A DNA stretch of 62,791 bases, the filler included, from Thermodesulfobacteriota bacterium (GTDB lineage Bacteria; DASVDK01): NCBI GenBank assembly GCA_036381125.1. It is 5 parts of 5 records of this genome, joined end to end, with 100 filler letters (N's around TTAATTAATTAA, not from the genome) between each part and the next. Parts side by side here need not be neighbours in the genome. Positions count along the whole stretch, not along the records: positions 1 to 31,862 come from DASVDK010000085.1; 4 more parts are not named here. The stretch is one strand, 5' to 3'. Positions 1 to 12,381 of this stretch are shown piece by piece. Both the position numbers and the translations under genes were made by a program. Positions within the stretch are counted from its first letter, which is position 1. Every line of letters begins with the position of its first letter. Under the pieces are notes generated by a model. The model made no database searches and was not told the DNA's origin. It saw only the letters and a list, made by a program, of their open reading frames with translations.

Positions 1-1047
1 GCAGCGCAGCTCGATGTTCTCCACCGTCGCCGCGCCGCCCGCCGCGTACGGCCGCACGTGGTGGAACTCCAGGAACCCTCGCTCCGTACACCGCCACCCT
101 GTCCGGCTCACGAAGGCGCACCGCCCACCATCGCGCGCCCACACCGCTCGCCTGACCGCCGCCGGGATGTGCCGCGACCCCGGCCTCGGGGGCGTGCCCA
201 CGCGCGGTCGATCGGTCGCGGCGGCCTTCTGCTTCAGCAGCGTGTCGACCAGCACGGTCCGCGCGCGGTCGAGGACCTGGGCGACGTCGCCGTCGGGGAT
301 CTGGTGGCGCAGGAGGTCCTGCGCCTGCCGTAGCTTGGCGTACGTCTCGGCGCTCGCGGTGAACTGGACCCGGTAGCGGTCGGGTGCCAGCGGCGCGACG
401 ACCGGCGGACGTGGCGGCGGCGACGGAACAGGTGCGGGCGCCGGCGATGACGCGGCCGTCGAGGGCACCGGGACCGACGCGGGCGGGCTGACCGGCGACG
501 CCTCGGACGGAGGCGGCGGCGCCGCGGAGAGGACCGGGGCCGGTCCGGGTGCGCTGGCACGCGCCGCCTCGGCCAGTGACGGGCGCGCGGCCGGCGCCGG
601 CAGGCGGCGCACCGAGGCCGGCACGGGCGGCTGGGGGCGGAGCGCCGCGACCAGCGCCTCGACCTCCCGCCGGCTCCTGTGGCGGGCTCGATCCAGCAGG
701 TCGCGGTGGTTCTCGGCCGTGAGGTGCGGCGCCAGGAGCGTCACCGTCGTGAGCGTGAGCGACCCGTCGGCGAGGTGCTCGAGAACGACGGGAAAGCGCC
801 GCGCCGCCCGGGCGGCCTCGATCCGGCCGTAGGCGGCGTACTCGGAGAGGTGGAGGACCTGGGTGCCGTAGGCGAAGAGCGACGGGTAGCCCGCGGCCAG
901 GTAGAGGCGCCGGGCGTCGAGTTCGGCGAGGTGGGCGACGAGCACGACCGTCGCCTCGCGCTCCTGCGCGGCGAGTCGCGGCACCGCGGCGAGCAGTTCG
1001 GCATCCGAGAGCCGCGCAGGAGCAGAGAGCATGGTCGTGAGAGCCAT
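1..1047 (-). CDS. HNH endonuclease with DUF222-like N-terminal region (3' end runs off the window; absent from the ORF track)
   Basis: Manual translation of the minus strand from ATG 1047 (or 1032) is open to position 1: MALTTMLSAPARLSDAELL...LAELDARRLYLAAGYPSLFAY..., a Pro/Ala linker, then RHIPAAVRRAVWARDGGRCAFV...RCTERGFLEFHHVRPYAAGGAATVENIELRC (HNH signature). Confidence 0.85.
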   Translation of the reverse strand, partial: MALTTMLSAPARLSDAELLAAVPRLAAQEREATVVLVAHLAELDARRLYLAAGYPSLFAYGTQVLHLSEYAAYGRIEAARAARRFPVVLEHLADGSLTLTTVTLLAPHLTAENHRDLLDRARHRSRREVEALVAALRPQPPVPASVRRLPAPAARPSLAEAARASAPGPAPVLSAAPPPPSEASPVSPPASVPVPSTAASSPAPAPVPSPPPRPPVVAPLAPDRYRVQFTASAETYAKLRQAQDLLRHQIPDGDVAQVLDRARTVLVDTLLKQKAAATDRPRVGTPPRPGSRHIPAAVRRAVWARDGGRCAFVSRTGWRCTERGFLEFHHVRPYAAGGAATVENIELRC

Positions 1048-1267
1048 GCTTCGTTCATACCATGGCAACTTCGGAGCGCCCCGGGACGGCCCCGCAGGGG
1101 TGCGGCCGGCGCCGACCGATTACGCAGCCGTCGAGCGAGCGAAATCTCGTCTGGCGGCCATCTCCGGGCCGCAGAGGGCCTGTCTACGGGTGGGCCGCCG
1201 CGCCCCTCGACCTCGTCTCCCGATGCTGTCAAGAGCTTTCTTCGCGGCAGTCGAGCCACTTGTTTGC

Positions 1268-1291
1268 CCAGCTCGGTCCGGACCGAGTTGG
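1268..1291. repeat. 24-bp palindromic repeat CCAGCTCGGTCCGGACCGAGTTGG, copy 1
   Basis: Perfect 16-bp palindromic core CTCGGTCCGGACCGAG (1272-1287); exact reverse-complement copy at 39460-39483. Confidence 0.85.
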
Positions 1292-1388
1292 TCCTCATGA
1301 GGCGATGGTATCCTTGCGAGGCGTTCGCCCCGGGGCCGTCGCCGAGAGGCTGCGGTCGGCTCCGCCTCAACCCGTCCCGATTCGAGGA

Positions 1389-1394
1389 TATACT
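1389..1394 (+). promoter_or_regulatory. Putative -10 box (TATACT) 6 nt before the dinG ATG; probable leaderless transcript
   Basis: TATACT-acccac-ATG; AT-rich hexamer in a very GC-rich context. Confidence 0.5.
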
Positions 1395-1400
1395 ACCCAC

Positions 1401-3362
1401 ATGAGCACCAGCCGCCCCGCGCGGGGGCTCGACGTCGACGCGGTCCTCGGGCCCCGGGGGCTTCTCGAGCGGCGTCTGCCCGGCTTCGAGTCCCGCAGGG
1501 AGCAGCTCGAGATGGCGCGGGCCGTGGCCCGCACGCTCGAGCGGGGTGGGGCGCTGGTGGTCGAGGCGGGCACCGGCGTCGGCAAGACGCTGGCCTACCT
1601 GGTCCCGGCCATCCTCTCGCGCAAGAAGGTGGTCGTCTCGACCGGCACCAAGGCGCTCCAGGAGCAGGTCTTCACCCGCGACATCCCGCTCCTGGCCCGG
1701 CACCTCGGCATACCGTTCCGGGCCGCGTACATGAAGGGGCGGGCCAACTACGTCTCGCGGCGGCGCCTGCGGGAGTTCGCCCGCACGGCCTCGTTCCGGC
1801 AGCGGGACGAGGCGGCCCATTTCGAGGCGATCCGCACCTGGGTGCGCGAGACGCAGACGGGCGACCGCGCGGAGCTGCCGTCCTTGCCCGACGACTACGG
1901 GCCCTGGGCCGAGATCGCCGCCACGAGCGACCACTGCCGCGGCACGCGGTGCGAGGACTACCGCGACTGCTTCGTGACGAGAATGCGCCAGCAGGCGGCC
2001 GAGGCCGACCTCGTGGTCGTGAACCACCACCTCTTCTTCGCCGACCTGGCGGTCAAGGGGACCGGCTTCGGCGAGGTGATCCCCCCCTTCGAGGCGGCGA
2101 TCTTCGACGAGGCGCACCAGATCGAGGACGTCGCCACGCAGTACTTCGGCCGGCAGGTCTCCTCGGCCCGCATCGAGGACTTCTTCCGCGACCTCTCGAA
2201 GCACCTGCGCACCGCGAAGGTCGACGAGCCGGCCCTCGACGCGGCCCTGATCGACCTGGTCGCCCGGCGCGACCGCTTCTTCGCCCGCTTCGCCGGCCGC
2301 GACGGCGAGCGCCGCCGCCTGCGGCGCGAGGCGGTGGAGGCCATGGGCGCGCTCGAGCTGGCGGCCGAGCTCAAGTCGACGCTCGACCTGATCGCCGCCA
2401 TCCTCGACCACCTGGCGGTCAAGACCGAGGAGACCGACGCGTTCGTGCGCCGCGCGCGGACGACCGCGGAGGACCTGGCCTTCGTCGTGGCGGCCGACGA
2501 CCCGGGGTTCGTCTACTGGTCGGAGCAGCGCCGCCGTTCCGTGGCCCTCGCGGCGGCGCCGGTCGACATCGACGACGAGATGCGGGCCCGCCTGCTGCCG
2601 GGAGGCGGCGCGCTGGTCTTCACCTCCGCGACGCTCGCCGCCGACGGGACGCTCGACTACTTCAAGGGGCGCATCGGGCTCGGCGCCGACGCGGCGGACC
2701 TCGTGCTCGGCTCCCCCTACGACTACGCGTCGCAGGCGGTCCTCTACCTGCCCGACCTCCCCGACCCGGCCTCGCCCGGCTTCGCCCGCGCCGCGGCGCT
2801 CGAGATCGAGCGCATCCTGTCGGTCACGCGGGGTCGCGCCTTCCTCCTCTTCACGAGCTACCGGATGATGCGGGAGGTCCACGAGACGCTGCGCGGCCGC
2901 CTGCCGTACCGCTGCCTGCTGCAGGGCGACGCGCCCAAGGGGCGGCTGCTCGACGAGTTCAGGAAGGGCGGGGCGGTGCTCTTCGCGACGCAGTCCTTCT
3001 GGGAGGGGGTCGACGTGCCGGGGGAGGCGCTCTCGTGCGTCGTGATCGACAAGCTCCCGTTCGCGTCGCCGAGCGAGCCGCTCGTCGAGGCGCGCATCGA
3101 GCGGATCGCGGCCGACGGCGGCAACCCGTTCGTGACCTACCAGCTCCCCGCCGCGGTGATCACCCTCAAGCAGGGCCTCGGGCGGCTGATCCGCACCTCC
3201 ACCGACCGCGGCGTGCTGTCCATCCTCGACCGCCGGATCACGCGCAGCGCCTACGGCCGCGTGTTCCTCGAGTCGCTGCCGCCGGCCCGCGTCACGCGGG
3301 ACCTTGCCGACGTGGCGAGGGTGTTCGCCGGCGCCGAGGGGCGTCGCGGGCCGGTTGGATAG
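1401..3362 (+). CDS. yoaA: ATP-dependent DNA helicase, DinG/YoaA family
   Basis: Walker A EAGTGVGKT, DEAH box, TSATL, SFWEGVDVPG, VIDKLPF, QGLGRLIR. Start moved to ATG 1401. Confidence 0.9.
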   Translation: MSTSRPARGLDVDAVLGPRGLLERRLPGFESRREQLEMARAVARTLERGGALVVEAGTGVGKTLAYLVPAILSRKKVVVSTGTKALQEQVFTRDIPLLARHLGIPFRAAYMKGRANYVSRRRLREFARTASFRQRDEAAHFEAIRTWVRETQTGDRAELPSLPDDYGPWAEIAATSDHCRGTRCEDYRDCFVTRMRQQAAEADLVVVNHHLFFADLAVKGTGFGEVIPPFEAAIFDEAHQIEDVATQYFGRQVSSARIEDFFRDLSKHLRTAKVDEPALDAALIDLVARRDRFFARFAGRDGERRRLRREAVEAMGALELAAELKSTLDLIAAILDHLAVKTEETDAFVRRARTTAEDLAFVVAADDPGFVYWSEQRRRSVALAAAPVDIDDEMRARLLPGGGALVFTSATLAADGTLDYFKGRIGLGADAADLVLGSPYDYASQAVLYLPDLPDPASPGFARAAALEIERILSVTRGRAFLLFTSYRMMREVHETLRGRLPYRCLLQGDAPKGRLLDEFRKGGAVLFATQSFWEGVDVPGEALSCVVIDKLPFASPSEPLVEARIERIAADGGNPFVTYQLPAAVITLKQGLGRLIRTSTDRGVLSILDRRITRSAYGRVFLESLPPARVTRDLADVARVFAGAEGRRGPVG

Positions 3363-3402
3363 CCGGCCGGCCGGCCGCCGCGCCGGCCGCGACCCGCCGA
3401 GC

Positions 3403-3432
3403 TTGACCCTGCTGTCCACGGGCGGGTACGAT
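3403..3432 (+). promoter_or_regulatory. Putative sigma70 promoter of galU (leaderless)
   Basis: TTGACC-N18-TACGAT, with ATG 3440 7 nt downstream. Confidence 0.6.
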
Positions 3433-3439
3433 GCCGCCC

Positions 3440-4318
3440 ATGAGGGAGCAGCGGATCCGCAAGGCCGTCTTCCCGGCGGCCGGGCTCGGGACCCGGTTCC
3501 TCCCGGCGACCAAGGCATCGCCGAAGGAGATGCTGCCGCTCGTCGACAAGCCGCTCATCCAGTACGGCGTCGAGGAAGCCATCGCCTCCGGGATCGACCA
3601 GATCATCCTCGTCACCGGGCGCGGCAAGACGGCCATCGAGGACCACTTCGACGTGTCGAAGGAGCTGGAGATGCTCCTCGACGAGAAGGGGAAGCGACAG
3701 CTCCTCCGAGAGGTCCGCGAGATCTCGGGCATGGCCGACTTCGCCTACGTCCGCCAGAAGGAGGCGCTCGGCCTCGGCCACGCGATCCTCTGCGCCCGCA
3801 ACCTCGTCGGGGACGAGCCGTTCGCGGTGTTCCTCGGCGACGACATCATCGACTCCCGCACGCCGGCCATGCGCCAGCTCATCGACGTCTACCGGCGGCA
3901 CCGCGCCTCGGTCCTGGCGGTGGTGCGGGTCCCCCGGGCGCAGATCTCCGCCTATGGGGTGATCGATCCGGAGCGGATGGGGGAGCCGGGGCTCCATCGC
4001 GTGCGCGACCTGGTCGAGAAGCCGTCGGTCGAGCGGGCGCCGTCGGAGCTGGCCGTCATCGGCCGCTACGTGCTGACGCCGGGCGTCTTCGCGAAGCTCG
4101 CCGAGACGAGGCCGGGCAAGGGGGGCGAGATCCAGCTCACCGACGGGCTGCGCGCGCTGCTCGCCGACGAGCCGGTCTACGCGCTGGAGGTGGAGGGAGA
4201 GCGCTACGACGCCGGCGACAAGCTCGGCTTCCTCAAGGCGACGGTGAGCTTCGCGCTCAAGCGGCCCGAGCTGCGGGACGAGTTCCGCAGGTTCCTGAAA
4301 GGGCTTGATCTGCGCTAG
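3440..4318 (+). CDS. galU: UTP--glucose-1-phosphate uridylyltransferase
   Basis: [37 protein letters not shown] motifs. Confidence 0.97.
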   Translation: MREQRIRKAVFPAAGLGTRFLPATKASPKEMLPLVDKPLIQYGVEEAIASGIDQIILVTGRGKTAIEDHFDVSKELEMLLDEKGKRQLLREVREISGMADFAYVRQKEALGLGHAILCARNLVGDEPFAVFLGDDIIDSRTPAMRQLIDVYRRHRASVLAVVRVPRAQISAYGVIDPERMGEPGLHRVRDLVEKPSVERAPSELAVIGRYVLTPGVFAKLAETRPGKGGEIQLTDGLRALLADEPVYALEVEGERYDAGDKLGFLKATVSFALKRPELRDEFRRFLKGLDLR

Positions 4319-4460
4319 CGAGTGCGCGGAAATGCGCCCGCGAAGCGGTGCCCGGCCGCAACGCCGGAGCGCCGGCAGAGCGGTGCGTGGGCGGCGCGCG
4401 CGCACAGGGGCTGACGCCGCCGCCGGCGCACCCGCGAGGCTCCAGGGGGGTTGGGTTACC

Positions 4461-6968
<2,508 letters not shown>

Positions 6969-7008
6969 GCCCCGGCGACCCGATCGGCCCGGACCACGGA
7001 CGCGCGGC

Positions 7009-8100
7009 GTGACGCGACCCGTTGGGCGACGGCCGGGGACCGCGTCGTCCGGCCGCGGCCTGCGCCTTCCGCTCGACCTCTCGGCGCTGGGGGAGTTCGG
7101 GCTCGTCGAGCGGATTGCCGAGGCGGCGGCCGCGGACGCGGCCGGCCGCCTGCCGGGCGGCTACGCCGTGCGCGGCATCGGCGACGACGCCGCGGAGGTG
7201 GCCGGGGCCGACGGCCGGGCGCTGGTCGTCACCAAGGACCTCCTCCTCGAGGACGTCCACTTCCGGCGCCGCTGGCACCCGCCGCGCCTCCTCGGCCGGA
7301 AGACCCTCGCCGTGAACCTCTCGGACGTCGCCGCCATGGGCGCCCGCCCGCTCGCGGCGTTCCTCGGCCTCGGCCTGCCGCGCGGCTTCCCGGCGCCGGA
7401 CCTCGCCGAGGTCCTTCGCGGCCTCCTGGACCTCGCCCGCGCCGCAGGGGTGCGCCTGGCCGGGGGTGACACGACCCGGTCCAGGTCGGGCCTCGTCCTC
7501 TCGGTGACCGTGATCGGGCTCGCCGCGCGGGGCGGCGCGGTGCGGCGCGCCGGGGCCCGGCCGGGCGACGTCATCTACGTGACCGGGACGCTCGGCGACA
7601 GCGCCCTCGGGCTCGCCCTTCTCGCGCGCGGCCGCCGTCTCGGCCGAACGCGCGGCGCCGAAGCCCGCCTCCTGCGCCGCCACCTCGACCCCACGCCCCG
7701 CCTGCTCGAGGGGGCGGCCATCGGCGAGGGACGTCTCGCCTCGGCGATGATCGACCTGTCCGACGGGCTCGCGGCCGACCTCGGCCACGTCTGCGAGGCG
7801 AGCGGGGTGGGGGCCCGCGTCGACCTCGCCCGCCTGCCGCGCTCGCCCGCCTATCGCGCCCTGGCGCGGAGGCTCGTGCCGGCCGATCCGCAGGCCCCGG
7901 CGGTCGGCGGCGGTGAGGACTACGAGCTGCTCTTCACGGTGCCGCCGGGACGGGTGGCCGCGCTCGAGCGGACCGCCCGACGATGGCCCGCGCGCCCGAC
8001 GGCGATCGGCGAAGTCCGGCCCGGGAGAGAGGGGCTCGTCCTGCTGGGCGAGGACGGCCGGCCGTACGCGCCGCCGCGCGCGGGCTTCGTCCACTTCTGA
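7009..8100 (+). CDS. thiL: Thiamine-monophosphate kinase
   Basis: GEFGLV, GIGDDAA, AVNLSDVAAMGA, GGDT, MIDLSDGL, GGEDYELLFT. Confidence 0.95.
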   Translation: MTRPVGRRPGTASSGRGLRLPLDLSALGEFGLVERIAEAAAADAAGRLPGGYAVRGIGDDAAEVAGADGRALVVTKDLLLEDVHFRRRWHPPRLLGRKTLAVNLSDVAAMGARPLAAFLGLGLPRGFPAPDLAEVLRGLLDLARAAGVRLAGGDTTRSRSGLVLSVTVIGLAARGGAVRRAGARPGDVIYVTGTLGDSALGLALLARGRRLGRTRGAEARLLRRHLDPTPRLLEGAAIGEGRLASAMIDLSDGLAADLGHVCEASGVGARVDLARLPRSPAYRALARRLVPADPQAPAVGGGEDYELLFTVPPGRVAALERTARRWPARPTAIGEVRPGREGLVLLGEDGRPYAPPRAGFVHF

Positions 8101-8259
8101 GGCGCGACCTCCCGGGCACGTCACTCGTTCCGGCCAGGGTGAACCGGGCCGCCGCTCCAGAAGGCCCGGCGGCGTCCCCGGCGCCGATGCGGCAGCGCCG
8201 TGCCGAGGGCCTCCGGCCGCGAGCCTGCACGTGCCCCCCTTAGGGAGGCGCATCACTCC

Positions 8260-8288
8260 TTGACTGGGTCGGGACCCCATGATAGATA
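8260..8288 (+). promoter_or_regulatory. Putative sigma70-type promoter of the chemosensory cluster
   Basis: TTGACT-N17-TAGATA preceded by TGn; shares TGATAGAT with the mreB promoter; the -10 box is imperfect. Confidence 0.4.
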
Positions 8289-8320
8289 CGCGGCCTCACG
8301 AGAGGGGGTAGCGCTCGTAA

Positions 8321-9235
8321 ATGGGCGTCGCGACTAAGTTCGACGGCGGTGCGCCGGCGGGGGGCGCCGGGGCGCCGGCGCGCGGCTCGGCGGCCCGGGC
8401 GATCGCCGATCCCGGGCCGGAGGTCGACGACGCGGCGTACGCGCGCGTCGCCGCCGTGCTGCGGTCGGCGCGCGGCCTCGACGTCGCCGCGTACAAGCCG
8501 CGCTGGATCCGCCGGCGGATCGCGCTGCGCGTGCGCGCGCGCGGCTGCGCCGACGGCCTCGCCTACGCGGCGCTCCTCGAGCGCGAGCCGACCGAGATCG
8601 ATCGCCTCAACGCGGCACTGACGATCACGGTCTCCCAGTTCTTCCGCAACCGATCGACCTTCGAGCGGCTCGCGGAGGTGGTGCTGCCGCCGCTCTTCGA
8701 GCGCGCCGGGCCGGCCGGGATCGCGATCTGGAGCGTCGGCTGCGCGAGCGGCGAGGAGCCGTACACGATGGCGATCCTGCTCCGGGAGCGGTTCGCCGAC
8801 CGGCTCGCCAGGACGCCGGTGTCGATCCTCGGCATCGATCGGGACCGGGGGGCGCTCGACCGGGCGGCTGCGGCGCTCTACGACCGGGAGCGGCTCGAGG
8901 AGGTCGGTGACGACCTCACGGCGCGCTGGTTCACCGCGGCCCCGGGCGGGCGCTTCGCGCTGTCCGAGGCGATCAAGGCGATGGTCGCCTTCCGCCAGGC
9001 CAACGTCTTCGTCCCGGACGAGATGCCGGCCGGTCCGGTCGACCTGATCCTCTGCCGCAACGTGCTGATCTACTTCGCGCGCGAGGAGCAGGAGCGGCTC
9101 CTCGCCGACTTCGAGCAGCGACTCGCGCCGGGCGGCTTCCTCGTGCTCGGCAAGGCCGAAACCCTCGTGGCGGCCGACCGCCGCCGCTTCAAGACGGTGT
9201 GCCCATGGGAACGGATCTACAGACGACCGAACTAG
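8321..9235 (+). CDS. cheR: Chemotaxis methyltransferase
   Basis: [35 protein letters not shown]. Confidence 0.95.
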   Translation: MGVATKFDGGAPAGGAGAPARGSAARAIADPGPEVDDAAYARVAAVLRSARGLDVAAYKPRWIRRRIALRVRARGCADGLAYAALLEREPTEIDRLNAALTITVSQFFRNRSTFERLAEVVLPPLFERAGPAGIAIWSVGCASGEEPYTMAILLRERFADRLARTPVSILGIDRDRGALDRAAAALYDRERLEEVGDDLTARWFTAAPGGRFALSEAIKAMVAFRQANVFVPDEMPAGPVDLILCRNVLIYFAREEQERLLADFEQRLAPGGFLVLGKAETLVAADRRRFKTVCPWERIYRRPN

Positions 9236-10671
9236 ACGTTGCGCTCGACGTAGACCGTGCGCCCGAACTGGGCGGTTCGCCGGCCTCCGGCCGGGCCGGC
9301 ACGGGCAACGGCGCGCCGGGCCGGGGCGCGGGGGCGCCGGCGAACCTCCCGCGCCACGCCGCGCCCGCCGGCTCGCGGACCCGCCTCGGCCTCGGCTACA
9401 AGTTCACGTTCACGGTCATCGGCGTGATCGGCGTGGCGTTCCTCTCGCCGTTCGTCGTCGAGCGCCTGGACATCCCGGAGGAGTGGCGGCAGCTCACCAC
9501 GGCGCTCGCCGCCTTCGGCGTCGGCCTCTCGGCGTCGCAGGTGTTCATCCGCGGCCTCGCGCGCGACTTCCACCGGCTCAACGAGTCGGCCGAGCGGATC
9601 GCGCGCGGCGACCTCTCGCAGGCGATCTCGGTCGTCGGTCGCCAGCGCTTCGCGGACGAGCGGGTCGACCTCGCCGCCGCCCTGAACGACATGCAGGCCT
9701 CGCTGCGCGAGCTGGTCGGCCGCATGCGCAGCACGTCGATCCGCGTCGCCGACTCGGCGACCGGCCTCTCCTCGACCGCGGCCCAGATGAACGCGTCCAC
9801 CGAGGAGATCGCCTCGTCCATCGAGCAGATCTCGCGCGGCGCCGAGCTGCAGGCCCAGCTCGTCGAGCGCAGCTCGAAGGTCATCCGCGAGATCGCCGGC
9901 TCCATCGACCTCGTCACCCGCTCGGCCAAGGAGGCCGCCGACGCGGCCGACCAGGCGGCCCGGACCGCGTCGGCGGGGGGCGAGCTGGCCAGCATGGCGA
10001 TGGCGAAGATGCAGCAGGTCTTCGAGGGGATGGACGCCTCGTCGAAGGCGGTCTTCCGCTTCGGCGAGAAGACGCGCGAGATCAACCGGATCGTCGAGGT
10101 CATCACGAACATCGCCCGTCAGACGAACCTGCTCGCCCTCAACGCGACCATCGAGGCGGCCCGGGCGGGCGAGTACGGCCGGGGCTTCGCCGTGGTGGCC
10201 GAGGAGATCCGCAAGCTGGCGGACGGTACGGGCCGGTCGGCCGAGCAGATCACGGCCCTCGTCCGCGAGGTCGAGGAGGAGTCCGGGCGCGCCGTCTCGG
10301 CGCTCGCCGCCTCGGGCCGCGACATCGAGGAGGGCCGGCACGTCATCACGACGACCGGCCAGTCGCTCGCCGACATCGTCAAGACCATCCTCGGCGCCAG
10401 CGAGAAGGTCGGCCGCATCCACGACCTCACGCGGAGCCAGACCCGAGGGGCCGAGGAGATGGTGCGGGCCATCGACGAGCTGGCCAAGGTGGCCGAGGAC
10501 AACGCGGCCGCGACGGAGGAGATCTCCGCCTCCATCGAGGAGCAGACGGCGGCGATGCAGGAGATGGCCTCCTCGGCGCACGAGCTGTCGGAGACCTCCG
10601 ACGCGCTCAGGGACGCCGCCACCAGGTTCCTGCTCTCGAACGACCCCGTGGAGCCGGACGTCCGGGTATGA
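9199..10671 (+). CDS. Methyl-accepting chemotaxis protein, DifA-like (2 TM helices, tiny periplasmic loop, HAMP)
   Basis: [37 protein letters not shown] hairpin tip; two adjacent hydrophobic segments. Start uncertain. Confidence 0.93.
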   Translation: MPMGTDLQTTELDVALDVDRAPELGGSPASGRAGTGNGAPGRGAGAPANLPRHAAPAGSRTRLGLGYKFTFTVIGVIGVAFLSPFVVERLDIPEEWRQLTTALAAFGVGLSASQVFIRGLARDFHRLNESAERIARGDLSQAISVVGRQRFADERVDLAAALNDMQASLRELVGRMRSTSIRVADSATGLSSTAAQMNASTEEIASSIEQISRGAELQAQLVERSSKVIREIAGSIDLVTRSAKEAADAADQAARTASAGGELASMAMAKMQQVFEGMDASSKAVFRFGEKTREINRIVEVITNIARQTNLLALNATIEAARAGEYGRGFAVVAEEIRKLADGTGRSAEQITALVREVEEESGRAVSALAASGRDIEEGRHVITTTGQSLADIVKTILGASEKVGRIHDLTRSQTRGAEEMVRAIDELAKVAEDNAAATEEISASIEEQTAAMQEMASSAHELSETSDALRDAATRFLLSNDPVEPDVRV

Positions 10672-11339
10672 ACGACCTGGGCGCTGCGACCGCCTCCGGC
10701 CCTGCCGGCGGCGAACCAGGCGGTGCGATCGGCAACTTCCGCGCCGGCCACGGTGATGGCGCGGCCGAACCAGGCGGTGCGCCCGTCGATGCCCGTGCCG
10801 GCGACGGCGATGGCGCGGCCGGCAGTGCCGAGGAGGACACCACCGTCCCGCTCCCCCTCGACGCGGCCCCCATGCCGGACCTGTCGCGGCAGGTCATGCT
10901 CGTGCGGGCCGGCGAGGCGCAGGTGGGGATCGTGGTGGGCGAGGTGGCGGCCGTCGCCGAACAGGCGCGGCTGTCCGCCGTGCCGAAGGCGCCGCCGGGG
11001 GTGCTCGGGATCATGAACCACCTCGGGTCGGTCCTCACCGTGGTGAGCCTCGCGGCGATCCTCGGGCTGCCCGAGCCGTCGGCGCCGATCGCGGCGCCGT
11101 TCGTCGTGGTGGTCGAGCGGGGCGAGGACCGCATCGGGCTCAGGGTCGAGCGGGTGGACGGCATCACGCTGACCGTGGACCTCGATCAGGACATCGTGAC
11201 CGACGGGCCGGACGGGCCCGCCGGGCCCCTCACGCGAGGCTGGCTCGCGGTCGAGGGGTCGAGCGTGCGGCTGGTGGACGGGGCCGCGATCGTGGGAGAG
11301 GTGCTCGCGCGCTTCGAGCGGCGCGAGCGCCGCGCCTGA
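10668..11339 (+). CDS. cheW: CheW with low-complexity N-terminal extension
   Basis: ATGA overlap with the MCP stop; [24 protein letters not shown]...[10 protein letters not shown]. Confidence 0.85.
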   Translation: MNDLGAATASGPAGGEPGGAIGNFRAGHGDGAAEPGGAPVDARAGDGDGAAGSAEEDTTVPLPLDAAPMPDLSRQVMLVRAGEAQVGIVVGEVAAVAEQARLSAVPKAPPGVLGIMNHLGSVLTVVSLAAILGLPEPSAPIAAPFVVVVERGEDRIGLRVERVDGITLTVDLDQDIVTDGPDGPAGPLTRGWLAVEGSSVRLVDGAAIVGEVLARFERRERRA

Positions 11340-11373
11340 CCGGGTTTCGCAAGAGGAGGCGGGGACAGGGACC

Positions 11374-11742
11374 ATGCCGACGACTGTACTCGTGGTGGAC
11401 GACGCCGTGTTCATGCGGAACATGATCAAGGACATCTTCTCGAACACCGACTTCGAGGTGGTCGGCGAGGCGGCCAACGGCGTCGAGGCCGTCGAGAAGT
11501 TCCGCGAGCTGCAGCCCGACCTCACGACGATGGACATCGTCATGCCGCTCAAGAGCGGCATCGAGGCGGTGCGCGACATCACCGCGTTCAAGAAGGACGC
11601 GCGGATCGTCATGTGCAGCGCCCTCGGCCAGGAGGCGCTCGTCATGGAGGCGCTCGAGGCCGGCGCGAAGGACTTCATCGTCAAGCCGTTCAACCCGGAG
11701 AAGGTCATCGAGGTGATGCGGCGGGTGGCCGCGGGCGCCTAG
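11374..11742 (+). CDS. cheY: Chemotaxis response regulator (single receiver domain)
   Basis: VLVVDDAVFMR, TMDIVMP, MCSALGQ, FIVKPF; strong SD GAGGAGG. Confidence 0.95.
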   Translation: MPTTVLVVDDAVFMRNMIKDIFSNTDFEVVGEAANGVEAVEKFRELQPDLTTMDIVMPLKSGIEAVRDITAFKKDARIVMCSALGQEALVMEALEAGAKDFIVKPFNPEKVIEVMRRVAAGA

Positions 11743-11767
11743 GCCCGGCCCCGGGGGGCCCGCGCGG

Positions 11768-12367
11768 GTGGGCGCCTCGGCGCCGGCGCGCTCGGCAGTC
11801 GTCCTCGCCGCGTCGACCGGCGGACCCCGCACGCTGGTCGCCATCGCGGCGCGCCTGCCGAACCCGTTCCCGGCCGCGGTCCTGATCGTCCAGCACATGC
11901 CGCGGGCCTTCGCGGCCGGTCTCGCCGAGCGCCTGACGTCGGTCTGCTCCTTCCCCATCGGCGTCGCCGAGGACGGCGAGCCGATCCTCCCCTCCCGCGG
12001 CTACCTGGCCCCGGGAGGCCAGCACCTCGTCGTCGAGGGCGAGGGTCGAGAGGGGGGTCGCATCGCGCTCCTCGACACGCCGTCGGCCGTCGGCGTGCGG
12101 CCGTCGGCGGACCTCGCGATGGCGAGCGCGAGCGAGGTCTACGGCGCCCGCACGATCGGCGTCGTCCTCTCGGGCATGGGGCGGGACGGCGCGGACGGCG
12201 TGGTGGCCATCAAGGGGCGCGGCGGTCGGGTGATCGTCGAGGCCCCGGACCTCGCGGCGATCCCGTGGATGCCGCGCGCGGCCATCTCGACCGGCGTCGT
12301 GGACGCGGTGCTCCCGGTCGAGGCGATCCCGGACGCGATCACGAGAATGCTCGGACGGCAGGGGTAG
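11768..12367 (+). CDS. cheB: CheB methylesterase, catalytic domain only
   Basis: Triad motifs ASTGG, VQHMP, SGMGRDG; RPSAD; no receiver domain. Confidence 0.88.
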   Translation: MGASAPARSAVVLAASTGGPRTLVAIAARLPNPFPAAVLIVQHMPRAFAAGLAERLTSVCSFPIGVAEDGEPILPSRGYLAPGGQHLVVEGEGREGGRIALLDTPSAVGVRPSADLAMASASEVYGARTIGVVLSGMGRDGADGVVAIKGRGGRVIVEAPDLAAIPWMPRAAISTGVVDAVLPVEAIPDAITRMLGRQG

Positions 12368-12381
12368 GGGCGACGACGGCC

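Noticed and set aside
1-3362. HNH plus DinG as a type IV CRISPR or defence module
   Set aside because: The helicase looks like housekeeping YoaA/DinG, is divergent from the HNH gene and sits before galU-lon; no csf/cas genes or array.
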